Positions 14,124 through 27,364 of a DNA stretch of 52,384 nucleotides are shown one piece after another. Positions within the stretch are counted from its first letter, which is position 1, and each line of letters starts with the position of its first letter. Source of the DNA: Amoeboaphelidium protococcarum X5 (lineage: Eukaryota; Fungi; Aphelidiomycota); NCBI GenBank assembly GCA_023515725.1, contig JALDTO010000162.1:110018-162401 (forward strand), in the 5' to 3' direction. The notes beneath the pieces are model-generated. The model was given only the letters and a program-made list of their open reading frames with translations, did no database searches and was not told the origin of the DNA. The translations under genes were made by a program, and so were the position numbers.

Positions 14124-16319
14124 TCATGCATCGTCATTGTTGAAGAGTTCGTATAGCATACGGATGAGTAGCCATTGCCGTACCCGTTCCACTCTACATC
14201 CACGCATAACAACCCGGCTAAGAGTGCCTTCACTCAAAGCAAGTGCTTCTTGCTCCATAACTCGCAGCGTCTCTGATCGCTTATGTCTCCGGCCACGGTC
14301 CCAATAGGCAGTCTTGACTTGTACATATTCCACCTACTAGGATTATTACTATTATTATTAGGGACTACGCATATTCTACTGACTTGATTCAGACTAGGAC
14401 TAGCTCTGCGATGTTTAACCGCTATTCGCATTATTTAAAGAATTAACAAGAGATCTCCTCCTGAGATGCAAAGGTAATAGGCCATCATTGGGGTGTTTCT
14501 TATCCACAGGACTAGTGACAGATGATGCAGCCGGAGTGGTATTTATACTACTACTCAAACTCTTGTTCGGACTCGATGCTGCACTAGAAAGACTAACTCC
14601 ACCTCTGCTGTACTGGCGAGATATATTCCTGGCCACAGATACAACACGCTCATCAATCTCCAGAGCCTCCAACTTTTACCAAAATCCATCATTCGGTCTG
14701 ATCCATGGCCTCTATCTAAACACCGTGGCAAAAGCTTCCGCCAAAGTCATGGGGCCATTAGGTATAAGACACTACTGAATAGATAGATCGTGTTGCGACA
14801 GCTTCTCTTTCAAGACTGACAGTTTCTGATGAGAATCGCCAGAATCGGAGCCTCCAACCACTTGAAGTCTAATAAATTACAATGTAGAGGTCAAGTCTAA
14901 GCAAATATAGCGCGTCATGAGATACGCCAAGACTACCGTTGCACTTCTGGACACTCCTCCATAGCAGTGAACAAGAACCTTCTGCTTCTGTGACTACAAA
15001 GACGCAATCAGAGCAGATGTAACCTTAAAAAGAGATTCTATAGGTGAATGGGAAGCATCTTCAATCTCAAAATGGTGAATATGAAATTGCTACTCGGCTT
15101 GTTTGCTATTCAGTCTGTATATAGTGTATGATGGGCATTGTCTTTTATTGCTGGCAGTTGATCTCTTGCCTGAAGTGGAAGATGTTATATTTGATAATAA
15201 AGATCCGCCACCACTACCACTACCCCCATTCTATGACAGCGGACTGAATAGTGGAGAGAAGAGCTAAGGCTCAGACAGCCACTCAGTACCATGACTTTAC
15301 TCTTCCAGTTCCCACATCTCTTTATGATCATCCAGAGCATTAACAAATGATCCTCTACCACTCTGCACAGGATCCAAAATTAGAGGATACTCACCCAGCG
15401 ATAGTATGTGGCAAATCCCATTCTATTCCAATTCAGAGAGACGCGTAGACTAAATGCCACCCAGATAGAGAAAATCTGGAATTATAGCACATGGAGGATC
15501 ATCATTAGTATTTCCATTCAGAGCCACTTGCAATGATATCTATGACGCAGTAGCATTTCTAGAAGGATTAGCAAGCAAACTTGTATTAGCATTACCGGTA
15601 ACAGCGGAGTCACTATCAGTTATATCCATAGACTCTGCAATCTTGATTATATTAGCGGGTATACTAGAAGTGAACATGAACGGATACTGTTATCTGAATG
15701 CAGATTTACCTCCGCGCAAGTACTTGAACCATCGAGCTTTAAATTTCCCAGTCACGGACGAAGATCCATGCCGTCTACTATCAGAGGTGAGCTTCTCCAC
15801 CTGTTTGATCATCTTTACAAAAGTTATCGCTGGGCAATTTAATGGTTAAGATTTACTTTAAACAGCAGAAGATCCATTCTGATTAAGAGACTAATCAACA
15901 TGACCATTCTGATTATGACTCGCATCGGCGGATTCAGCAGAGCTATCTTGTGTTAAATTGTCGCAAATAACAACGAAAGGACACTATAGATTACTGAGTA
16001 GAGATCGCAGTTTCGTGTGACAAGTAATGGAATAGATTGCAGAACCAGGACTAGGCATGTCGTACAACTACTGGCCAAGATCTCTGAGCTAATAAGAACC
16101 ATAAATACACGCCGTACCAAGAGCATCCACTTCAACACCGTTATAACCTACAGATCGCTGTGGACTCAGATCGATCAAGAGCACATCCAAGAATCTATAC
16201 CGCAACAGATACATCAGATCAGCGGGTGAGAGAGAAGTTTCCTCAACATCTTGCAACTGCTGCAACTGAGGTTGCTATTATTGTACATGAGATGGAGAAC
16301 CACCACTTACTCCAACCAT
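14124..16319 (-). CDS. Dual-specificity protein phosphatase (MAPK-phosphatase-like), 731 aa
   Basis: PCAIIPDFLYLGG, KVLVHCYGGVSRSATVVLAYLM (HCx5R), IRPNDGFW(Q)KL; ATG-TGA length in frame. Confidence 0.85.
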
Positions 16320-16741
16320 TTTAGTTATATTAAATGCAATTATACGCAAAGAGGATGCAAACTAGGTATTGAATGATGCGGTTGTGAAGGAGATATAATT
16401 TCAACAGCTAAACAGCCTCGTCCGCGCGGATACAAAACAGACGAAAGTTTCCAGCTGTGAAAGCCGAAGAGTTAAGAAACGAGCGAATTCCCAGAGAGAA
16501 AGAGATAGAGCGGGAAATCTTCTTGGCTGAGAGGAACGCGAGAGAAAGAGAGATCACACGACGAGACTGATAAGATCATAAACAGGAGTGAGCGAAATAT
16601 TAGAGAAACGAATATAGTCAGCAATCGAACGCCACTTTTTCTCTTAGATCCATCATCATCATTAAAGAGAAAGTATTAAACTGAGTGATAGAATACAAAT
16701 TTAATAATAATAGAACATACTGAAATGAAATGAAGCGAGTA

Positions 16742-18070
16742 TCAGCATTCAGAGTCAGAGAGTTGATCATTGCAAGCAGCAGGTTTCGACTCCATCTCTT
16801 CATCTTCAGTGTGTTCAAACTCTGACTCGTCCAGCACATCATCAATAGCATCGTCAAAGTCTACAAATTTCTTCATGATTTTGAATGCGTGTACTTGCCT
16901 TCGCTTCTTCTTAACTGAGCTGGTGTGAGCATCATCATCATCATCATCATCATCAGTTTTGAAGTACGCGTAGAATTCCATCAGCTCTTCTTCATCATGA
17001 ATGTAAAATCCGAGAAGCATTGATGGATCGAGTCGCGATATATCCAGACTTTTAGGTACGCGTTGACTGTATGTAGCCAAGTCAGTGTCAGCCATTGAGC
17101 CATCCTAAGATAATGAGACAGCATCTTGTACAATATGAGGGTCCAAGTATAAAAGATTGTCCCTTGTTTCAAGTCCCACAAAATAGAATGCAGAATTAGG
17201 TTTACCTCTACACATAAAACTAAAATATAAGACTATGAACACCAAGATAGATGAAATATATTCTTACCCAGCAATACCGACAGACCACCGACAGGTCAGG
17301 CACAATCTTATGCTATCATGGTAAATCTAGTTGACTTGATCAATGCCCAGTCTAGTAGGAACAAGTACTAGGAGTGAATTGCCATCTTGAATGATCTCTG
17401 ACATTTAATCCAAGTATAGAGTAGAATCTTGAGATATAACAACTCGGAGTTATCCTTATAATAAAGCACTGTCCATCTAGACAGCATTGTCAATATCTAA
17501 ACCGGAATTGCAAAGGTGTTTGAGAACATTGGCAATTGTTGATGGTCCATGCCATGTACGCTCAGCTTTACCATAGTACTATGAAGCAACAGCACACAAG
17601 TTTTAAATTGAATACTGAGATGACGCAGTGTCCAAGAACATTTTAATCACCTAAACACGTGCTTCGGATTACCTTCTGTCATCTAGCATTAACAGTTTCA
17701 TCTATAAAGCTCTAGCCATAAGCATTTGACCGCAGCGAATCATACATCCCCATCCGGCATCGCTGTCAAACTGTGAACCGCCCAACATCTGCCGCCGATA
17801 CGAAATGTATATTATATCTTGAAACTTTCCCACTAGCTTCGCTGGCCATCTGGTGTCCTAGTCACTTTCCTCATTAAGAAATAATTCATCAAAAAGCATC
17901 AGCTATTTCACAGAGGAAGATGATGAGGAATACGTCCAAAACTAGTGGGAGGCCTGGCTTCAGCTGTCTATGGCACTCCGGACAGTCGCTTTAATGTTCT
18001 AAGACACACCATCGATCCACTAGCGCATAACCTCTGTTTTATTTTATTACTGCGGGGTTTCTTCTGACAT
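16742..18070 (-). CDS. ATG4: Autophagy cysteine protease ATG4; intron 17208-17267; in-frame TGA at 17960-17962 near the N-terminus
   Basis: IYISYR, DSDAGWGCMIRCGQMLMA, WHGPSTIA, LVPTRLG, SVGIAG|GKPNSAFYFVG, YLDPH, LDPSMLLGF. The start is uncertain because of the internal TGA. Confidence 0.88.
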
Positions 18071-18345
18071 ATTCAATTTTAATTTCTATCTGATTCAAAC
18101 TATCTTTGGTATATTCTGTATAGCGGAGGGTTTCAACGTTAAATGAGATGAGATGAAAAGAGACTGAGCGCGTCTATATTGCTTCTTATGCACTCCACTC
18201 TAATGCGACAATGAAGTAAAATAAAGAGCATACCGTATTTCGCAAAAAAGTCAAACTAAAAACAATGCAAGACTACCAACAGAATCTAAAGTTTGACAAA
18301 TTTCCACTCTATTAATCTCGTTATTCTCGCTCATCATCAACATCA

Positions 18346-20091
18346 TCATTGTTAGAACTGGTTCATTGGTGGTCGAGCCAACATGGTGACGCCTGGTCGC
18401 GCAATCATACCAGGACCCATCATAACTCCAGTCTAGCCAGGTGACATCATCATTTATCCGGGCATCATTTGCTATTACTATTACTGCTGCATCGTTTACT
18501 ACTACTACTACTACAAGCCATTGTTAGGCATCATTCCCGGTGCGGGATTGTAAAAGGTTGAATCCTAATTGGCATCTCCAACGATAGTCTTGTCAGACAT
18601 CTTGGTTCCTCTAGTGCCAGCGCCGACCAAAGTAGCATCACTGGAACCACCATTAGCCCCACCGCCAATCAAAGTCTCTTCACCTTACTACGACTTCATT
18701 CCACCACCCATACTCCCCATCATACCATCAGGCTATTCGACCATTCTAGATTTAAGATCGATTCTGACACTGATGCACCTAGCATTATCCTCAGTGGCGC
18801 CCTTATAATCAACACCAAATTATATCACATCACCAGGCTTCAATCTGTACGGTTTACTCTCTTTACCCGGCTCACTCAGACGCATAGCATTCAAAAATGT
18901 ACCAGACTATGACCGCGTATCTCTTATGTACACCTCACCATTCACGCTCCAAATCTCGGCATGATTTCGACTGATCACCTTACTCTTGAACGTGATCATC
19001 TCATCAGACTGCGGCGCACTACCCACAAATCTACCAATTTTCAGAATAGATACCACTGGCTTCTCAATAGGCGAAAATTTCTTGTTATCAGGAGTCATGA
19101 TTATAAAAGTGACTGGCTGATTAGATGGCACCTTCTTGTTTCCACCGCCTCCACCGCCTGCAACAAGCGTCGAGTTGGTATCACCCTGGCCGGCAACCAG
19201 TGTGGTGTTATTAGCAGATTATCCATCAGTAAAAGTGCTCTGAGTAGATCTAGCCGATGACACTTGAGGCTGCGCCATTCTAGCCTACTATTGCATATTC
19301 TATTACATCGGATTCATAGCCTGGTTCATCATTGCCGGAGCCTATCTAGTCTGTGATTGTGCTTGCTGCTGCTATTACTACTACTGCATCATTTACTGCT
19401 GCTATTGTAGCTGCTGCTATTACTGCTGCTACTACATTGCCGCCGGATCTTGTTGCATCATCTGACCCATCTGATTACGACCAGGGAGCACAGCTAGAGT
19501 TGGCCCATTGTATGAGAATTAATCAGTCGGTGCCTTTTACACGTTTGTGCCTTGACTGTTGCCTCCATAGGATTGAGCCGCCACAGGCTGAGAAGGAGCT
19601 TTCGCCTGAAACAGAGCATTGATCCAATCATCCACCACCGCAGCATTAGTGCCGACGAAGATCAATTCTCGCACATTCGGGATTGTTATTTTGAAGCCAG
19701 GATCTTTCGGACTTTCTTCCGGTGTCAGTCTGGAGATTACGCAGACGGTCAGATCGAGTGATCGTCTTGGAGATTGATCCTACACGAAGAGATAAAGTGA
19801 ACCGATCATTCACAATGATTGATGACAATTTGAAACATAATCAGAATATCAATATACAAATTACTTTAGGAGTATGATAATAATGAAGCACTCTTCCAAC
19901 CTTGTCCAGTATCAAGTATCGAAGACCCCATTTGGTAAATCCACCATTACATTTCTTCTTCATTGCTCCAAGTTTGATATTAGGTCCATTCTACACACAA
20001 TATAATTAATAGATGGTGATTATGATCAAATCCTATACTGATCAACAATTGAACTTACGCTAAAAGTTGTCGCTGCTGGGCCAGGTGCCAT
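18346..20091 (-). CDS. PH-domain + FHA-domain protein with Q/M/P-rich linkers, 530 aa; exons 20091-20059, 19990-19865, 19779-18346
   Basis: PH: GAMKKKCNGGFTKWGLRYLILD..LHYY...DDWINAL. FHA: KIGR...FKSKVISRNHAEIW...DTRS(Q)SGTFLN..RLS...GDVI(Q)FGVDY. Two phase-0 introns. Confidence 0.85.
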
Positions 20092-20495
20092 AATTCAATG
20101 ATGTAATAGATATGCTTATAACTGAGTATTTGAGTTGATAGATGAATAAATATACAAAGCTGCTAATATTTAGCTGGATAAGGTGAATGAAAGGTGATGT
20201 TATTGTTAATCAAATCAAAACACTAAATACTGTGAGGAAAGTGGTTACGCTGAGATTCGCCCATAATCAAAGCGGTTGCTACCGGGCTATATTTATACTA
20301 TAGGATGAAACTCAAAATGCAAAGTTATTTAAATGGCCACACAATGTGTGTACATGATATAAAATGACGTACACAAGATTCTCGCATCAGAATATTATGA
20401 TTACCTGGTCAATGTTAATGTTGTTTGACATCCTTCCAGGTTTTTACATAGTTTCTTTTCTTCACAATTGATCATAACTCACTATTATTCATACA

Positions 20496-21001
20496 ATGAG
20501 CATTCGAGATTAGTTTATAAAGCGAGAATAGAAGTAGAACGCGGAAGCTAAGGATAACCTCCCATCTGTATACAATGAAAGTGGCGATGATAAATCTAGA
20601 ATTATTAGTGGTCATGGCGATTTTGTATCAGTTTTCGAGAATCTCCAGCGGACAGTGATGAATGAATTCTCTGCTATCACCCAACCGCTCAATGATATCA
20701 TATCCATTGTCGATGACACTTTAGCATATGGCTCATCATCATCATCATCATCATTTCAAAGCGGATATTCTTCTACATACAAATAGAATCCTGATGGGGT
20801 AAGTACGATATATGACGCGTAGTATTTCTGACATACTGATTTAGATTTGTGTGACTTGAACTTGATTATGTGTAGAGCTCGGAGAAGATTGTGCATAAAC
20901 GAAACCCGGATGGATCTATGATAGTAGAGCGGACTCTATGTGATGCCTCTAAATAATGCGAAACTTTCTCAGAATTCATTGAAGCGTCCAAACAGTAATG
21001 A
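20496..21001 (+). CDS. Small protein, 142 aa, weakly HAX1/MLF-like; exons 20496-20798, 20876-21001
   Basis: MSIRD(Q)FIK...SSSSSFQSGYSSTYK(Q)NPDG|SSEKIVHKRNPDGSMIVERT; GTAAGT..TGTAG intron; both exons multiples of 3. Confidence 0.6.
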
Positions 21002-21239
21002 TTATTGGTAATTAAGTATTTGTATTGTTGAGATTGATATTTCTATTCTCTCCTCAGTGATATTTGTCGCGTCGGACATTCGTTCCGTTCGCGCATCTTT
21101 CGATTTTCTTCATTAGGTGCACCTGCTCTATTACTGAGATCTTTAACTTTGTACTTGCACAATTGTTGGAGTTAACTACAAATTAGAATACTTTTTACTC
21201 TCGGAAAATTCTTAAAGAGTCTATATATAGTGTCCCAAG

Positions 21240-22343
21240 ATGATGATCAGCATACGTAAAGGCTTTAGATGCATGTCAAGCGGTGGTCGATATGCGGACA
21301 CTGTGAAGAATATGCTCATTAACAAAGAGACTCGCGTTATCTGCCAAGGATTTACTGGCAAGCAGGTAAGCTGATGGCGATTTCCCATGTATACCACTAC
21401 TGTAACTTACAAAGTGTTGATGCATGGTGTAGGGAACTTTTCACTCTAAGCAGGCGATTGATTATGGTACTCAGATGGTTGGAGGTGTGTCTCCTGGCAA
21501 AGCAGGCCAGACTCATCTAGGTCTACCTGTATTTGCATCAGTGAAAGAGGTATTTATTATACTGCATTTCATATTGTAACTTTTTAATAAGAATAGCGAT
21601 GATAATTGTAGGCAATGGACAAGGTCTAAGCAACTGCGTCAGTGATCTATGTTCCACCTCCAGCTGCAGCGAAGGCTATTCTTGAGGCGATTGATGCTGA
21701 GGTTCCGCTGGTGGTGTGTATCACTGAAGGCATCCCACAGTAGGACATGGTGCGCGTTATGAAAGTGTTGAAGAACCAGGACAAGACTCGTCTGATCGGT
21801 CCAAACTGTCCTGGTATTATCAAACCTGGTGAGTGCAAGATTGGAATTATGCCAGGTCACATTCACAAGGCTGGTAGAATCGGTGTGGTGAGCAGAAGTG
21901 GAACTCTGACTTACGAAGCTGTCGCGTAGACTAGCGCTGTCGGTCTTGGCCAGAGTTTGTGTGTAGGTATTGGTGGTGATCCATTCAATGGAACCAACTT
22001 TGTCGACTGTCTAGAGGTGTTCATGAAAGATGAGTAGACGGAGGGAATCATCTTGATTGGTGAGATTGGTGGCTCTGCCGAGGAGGAGGCTGCCGAGTTC
22101 TTGAAGAAGCACAACTTCACCGCTGACGGTAAGGTGAGGAAGCCTGTTGTCTCGTTCATTGCCGGAAGAACTGCTCCACCTGGTAGGAGAATGGGACACG
22201 CTGGCGCCATCATTTCTGGCGGGAAGGGAACGGCGGACGCGAAAATCGCCGCTCTCGAATCTGCCGGTGTGACTGTGACTGAGAGTCCGGCTCAGCTTGG
22301 ATCCACCATGCTTAAAGCAATGAAGAAGGCTGGTCTGGCATGA
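21240..22343 (+). CDS. SUCLG1: Succinyl-CoA ligase alpha subunit; exons 21240-21365, 21433-21549, 21612-22343
   Basis: [10 protein letters not shown]|GTFH, ITEGIPQ(TAG)[34 protein letters not shown]. Confidence 0.97.
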
Positions 22344-22694
22344 TTAATACTTTCATGATTTAATCCAGTCATAAAGCCTAAACTTATTTCATCATTTGTA
22401 TTTTAATTCAGCATAGACTTTTTTAGTTTATTAGCGCGTCTCAGAAGTGGTTTACTTGACGATTTTATCTCTATTACTGTTCAATTTGCGGAAAATTTAA
22501 TCACTCGAGTAACATGATCATGTACTCTAATAAAATGAAATCTTCATCATTCCTGATATCATCGTACCGTTTCTCTTTGAAGTTCAGTATCACCCACAAT
22601 GAAAGAAAAGGTGACATTTTGAAACGCGCGAGATGCTCTCTTCCTTTCCCATTGGGAAACTGTTTCAGAACGATTGCAATAATTTTACTTGTAA

Positions 22695-25600
22695 ATGACT
22701 GGGCATTAATTAGCTGATAAGCTTGGTAAGATTTATTCACCATTGTAAGAAATCTGACTTTATTTATTATAAAAATTGTAGTGCATCCTGTGAAAGAAAT
22801 TCGAGATAGAGCTGTTGACAGTCTTCTATTCAAGTTAGAAGGAAACTTGTTAACTATTGCAGACTTGTGTAAAGACCGAGCGTTATTGGATTCTTTGTAT
22901 AAATGGTTGGTAGAATATGGTGATCAAGAGTTTATAGAGTACGTGTTAGCAGTACTGTAATAAATTGCGATGGTATGACTCGTTATATTTATGGCTGATT
23001 GAAAAAATTTGACTAATTGTCATGTAGGATCCTGAAGGAAGGCAGACAATGGATTAGATTGGAATATTGTAGTAATTAATTAGTCATCCTGAGTTTGAGC
23101 ATTTGAATCTACCTCACGATATCGCTCAGTATCAGGATGATATCAGATCGATAGATGGTGAAGTAAGATAACTTCCCAAGTGTGAAAATGCCTTTTATTA
23201 TAAGAAATCAGTTAATTGCAATACTTAAGAGTTTGACCCTATTGCCGAAAAGTCTGCACAGTTATACCTGCATCTATAGTAGGCCATAAATGATGGATCG
23301 GAAGACCAACTTTGCTTATTTGAGAATCTGTTTATTGTAATTCTATACGATTATGGCTCTAAACGTATCATTTCCAATAACCGATTCTGGATGTTATTCT
23401 TGGAATATTGTTTTAATGGTTCGATTCAACGCCGTTGTAGGCTATTGCTTGAACTACTCGTTAAGTAATTGATTGCTGAATGGCATGAGCTTTTCTCTTT
23501 GGGATCAGTGTATTAAAGATAATCTACTTAGGAACGTGGTCTATCTATGGTGGAAGGAAGCTTTTGCCTTAATAATGAACATTCAGATCTGAAGCTTCAA
23601 GAGTATAGTCATCATCATCCATAGGTTGCTCATAATATTTTTATATATATGGCTCAGTAATTAGGGAATCTAGAATAAGCTGTACTTGGTGATACTTTCT
23701 CTATATTGAGTGTTTTGATTCCCCTGCTCTATGTTCATACTCTTATTGAATGTCACTCTTAAGATTAGAATGATAGTGACAGCCTGGAAAGTGGAATGTG
23801 CCGCTTTTTACAGGGATACACGAGATGTCTTCTTGATCACTTTTGCGTATTAATAAATTAAAGTTAAGTTGCGACTGCACTTAGTGGAATCATATGTCGT
23901 CTTATACTTTAATTTACGAAAGATTTTGATCATGCTCTCCCAGCGGCTATTGAATGTCTACTGGAAATAGATCAAATTTAATTGCCTTTTGTGTTAGCGT
24001 CCAAGTTTGCTTCTGATTGCAAGTACTTTGAGCAATTGCTATATCTGCTCGTTCATTCGCAAGCTCATGTGCGGCGGCAGTGTTCCGCTGCTATCAAGGA
24101 TTCTTGTGTCGACAAAGCTACTGTGAAAGACTCTAATATGCTTGATATCGTCTTGTTTCTGGTTTAAAATGATGATTTTGTATTGAGTGATGTGTCGAAG
24201 TTTTAATAAGCTTTTGAATTGAATGAAGTGGTGCTGTAAAAGTTGGAAAGCGGTAATTTGTAATTATAAGTCTGCTCAGTGGAATGTCTTGAAGAGTTGA
24301 GATCTTTATTTTATAACAGAAAGGGCACTTTACTCAAAGGCACCGTGTCTTCTGCCTGCGATTAATTGATATCCGATTCTACTAACTATGAAAGCTTCAT
24401 TTAATCGCTTAATTGTGCAAGATTGGAAGTATTAGTCAATTGCGATTAAGATCAAAAATAACTTTCTCTGAAGTACTTGCTGAGGTTTTTTGTCACTTCT
24501 CCCGCTAATGAGAGTGATGAAATTGTTTTATAAGAAATTTGTCGTTATTTAATCAAGTTACTGGGAGTTTGCAAGAAGATACCTCTATCTATAGCCAAGT
24601 AATATTTAGACGGAGTGCTATCACTGTCTAAATCTCCATTGAATAGATGGACGAGTCTCCTGCTGTTAAAACTAATTGAGTCATTAGTGTCTCTCTTGAG
24701 TGAGGATGATGGAATTGCGTTGAGAAAATGGCTCAGAAATATCTGCGATTATTGCTTTGAAATGCTGATCAATTTTGACTTGCAATCTAGTGAGGTTGAT
24801 TTACTTTTGGGAATCACCATATGCGAGTTAGCAGAGTCGCTGATAACTAAATTTGAGCTTGTTGATTACTCATTTGGGCGGTAGTTCTTACTCAGGTTTA
24901 TCGCGAATTTTTAGTGGTGCAGCAACTCGTATCCAATGCAGTTCTCTCATATTATGGGAGTTCAGTCGCAGTTGCTTGCTAAGATTGTCTCGTCTTATGT
25001 GGATGATGTTCTTGAAGGAAATACTTTTGATCCTTTGGAGAAATTCGTTTTGTAAGATGGTTCCATCGCTTGGCTTCAGAACCTTACATAATGTCAAGTG
25101 GAATCGATTGAGACCAATGCTTGGCTGATGCTGAGTGATGTTGTTAGATTAATACCTGGTCTTCGCTGTGTACTTGAGTTGCAAGACAATATTGTCGCAT
25201 CTGGTGTGTCACGGCTCATGGTGCATGAATCTAGAAATGATACGAAACGCAACATATGCTTTTTGCTGGTGAATTTTGTTAAGGGCGTTTGTAAATTGCA
25301 GTAGTAAGGTAATCTGACTGAGTTCTCATAGTTTGGGTAAAAGGATTTCTTTCAGACTGTTGATCAGTCAGGCTTGATGACCAATTGGCCGTAGATGATT
25401 GCTATCGGGGATGTGTCGTTGGTCTATGCGTAAGGGTTGTATAACCTGGTGTAATGTATATATGATGTATTTTCTAGCTCTGTCAGGGCAGAGTATGATT
25501 TACAGGTAATTGAAGCTGCGTAGAATGTATTGGATAATTTTCTGCGCTCTGTCGAAGACCCACACTCTTCTTCTTTAATTAGAGATTACATTCCGGATTA

Positions 25601-27047
25601 CGTCTAGCTTGTCACCATATTCATCAAATCTATCCATGATAAGACTACTGCCGTCTCTCAAGACTTTATATCCTCTCTATTGGTATTCTATTTTGACAGT
25701 CTGCTCATATGTTTGAAGAGTCGCCGCCAATGTAGTATTTTCACTGATTTTGGTAAAGCATTGATTATGCTTATGGATCAAAACTTGCCTCTGATTTAAG
25801 ATTTTAGTGCATGCATGGATCTTCAATCGCTAAGCGAGTTGATCTAAGCGATCACATCCAAGTCTTAATTATAACATGGTGAAAGCTCACTAATTGTTCT
25901 CATAGCTCATTTTATGACAGTGATTTGTATGCTGTCAGCTGCTGGTAAATTGCGCGTCGATTCCTGCTCGTCTGACCTCATTGAAAGCTGTCTCGGTCTG
26001 ATATCTCAAAGCAGCTCATTGAATATACTTGTGAACTCGAGCCAGCTGCTCAGTCTCATCCAACAGCATGGTTATGCTTAAGATTTGGTTTTAAATACGA
26101 GCCTCACAATTTTGAGGCGTCTTTTGTAGTAAGCTCAATCTGGATATACCAATGTTTCTAAAGAAAACTTATTTGAAGCAATCGGCACCTGCTTTGGGAT
26201 CATCTTTGAGTATAAGGATGTCACTATTGATTCTATTAGTTCTCTATTTGATTTGATCATCGATGCGATTAGATGGTGTGTTGGGTACTCTCGAGATGAT
26301 AAAGATTCCATATAGTTACAGCTCTTTGTGGATATACTGCTGAAAACTCAAAGATTCATACTGCATAATGTTGTAAACGCTGTCTGCAAAACTCAGTTCT
26401 TTCAGTTGGCCGATGCCTTATAACCTGTAGTTCTCAACTTTATTCATTGCCCAAGGAAGGCTAAATTCAAAAGTTAGATTTGCAGCGTATCTTTAAATCT
26501 GTACTCACAGTTGGTATCTATTCTCAATCTTGGCGCGTAAAAGAGTTAACTATTTGTAATCAAACTTTGTGATGAGCTGGATCGATTATGCGCATTGAAA
26601 CAAGAATGCATTGTTTAAGGTGTGGTATAAGTTTTAGCAGAGTCGAACATAGTGTGCTTTAAAAATTGCTTTAAACCGTTGATATGTGTATTTGAAAACT
26701 ACCCTGATGACGAGAATGTTGTTGTCCCGTGTTATCGAACACTTGTGCGCGTCTGCACCGACCGAGTGTAAAAGAACTCTCTGCTTCAGTGTGTCCACTT
26801 TCAAAAGTCATGCACAAATGTATTGAAGAGGAACGCTAATTGCGAATCCACTCAAGCTCTCATATTACTACTCCGTCACTTGGTGCAAGATAATCAGCGT
26901 GGTATTTCCTTGGTGAAACGATTGAATGTTACCGCCGACCTGTAATCTTTGAATGCGAATATTATTGTTAACGATGCTTCTTAAGGGTCAGATATTAAAG
27001 ACGCGTTATCCAGTCTTTTGTTATAATTGAAAGATGTAAAATAATGA
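22695..27047 (+). CDS. RTTN: Rotatin-like centriolar ARM-repeat protein, about 1413 aa; exons 22695-22725, 22782-22972, 23028-27047
   Basis: N-terminus KL-HPVKEIRDRAVDSLLFKLEGNLL..ADL....LL..LYKWL matches the RTTN_N pattern. Track ORFs 23982, 24615 and 25098 share the exon-3 frame. Exon 3 was not checked codon by codon. Confidence 0.75.
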
Positions 27048-27364
27048 ATCTGTATGTTTTTAAATCTAGTTCCATCTAATTGCCCCATCTGTATATTATC
27101 CTATTCGCTTGTAAGAGTTTTCTCTTAGGTATTTTATTTAACAGTTTTCACAGTAGCTGATCCTCAGAGTTAGTATACCCGTGTAGCAACCTTCGTTTCT
27201 ATACACAGCCTTGCGGATTTTCTCTTAGGTGCTGATTCCTTTTTCAGCTTTAAAGTGAAACAAGCGTTTCTCGACTTTCTTCTTTCAGTTGTTTTACTCT
27301 GTTTTACTCTCCTGTACAGTCAGTCTTTGCCATATCATATACTGCCTGTAATATAAGTTAAACT

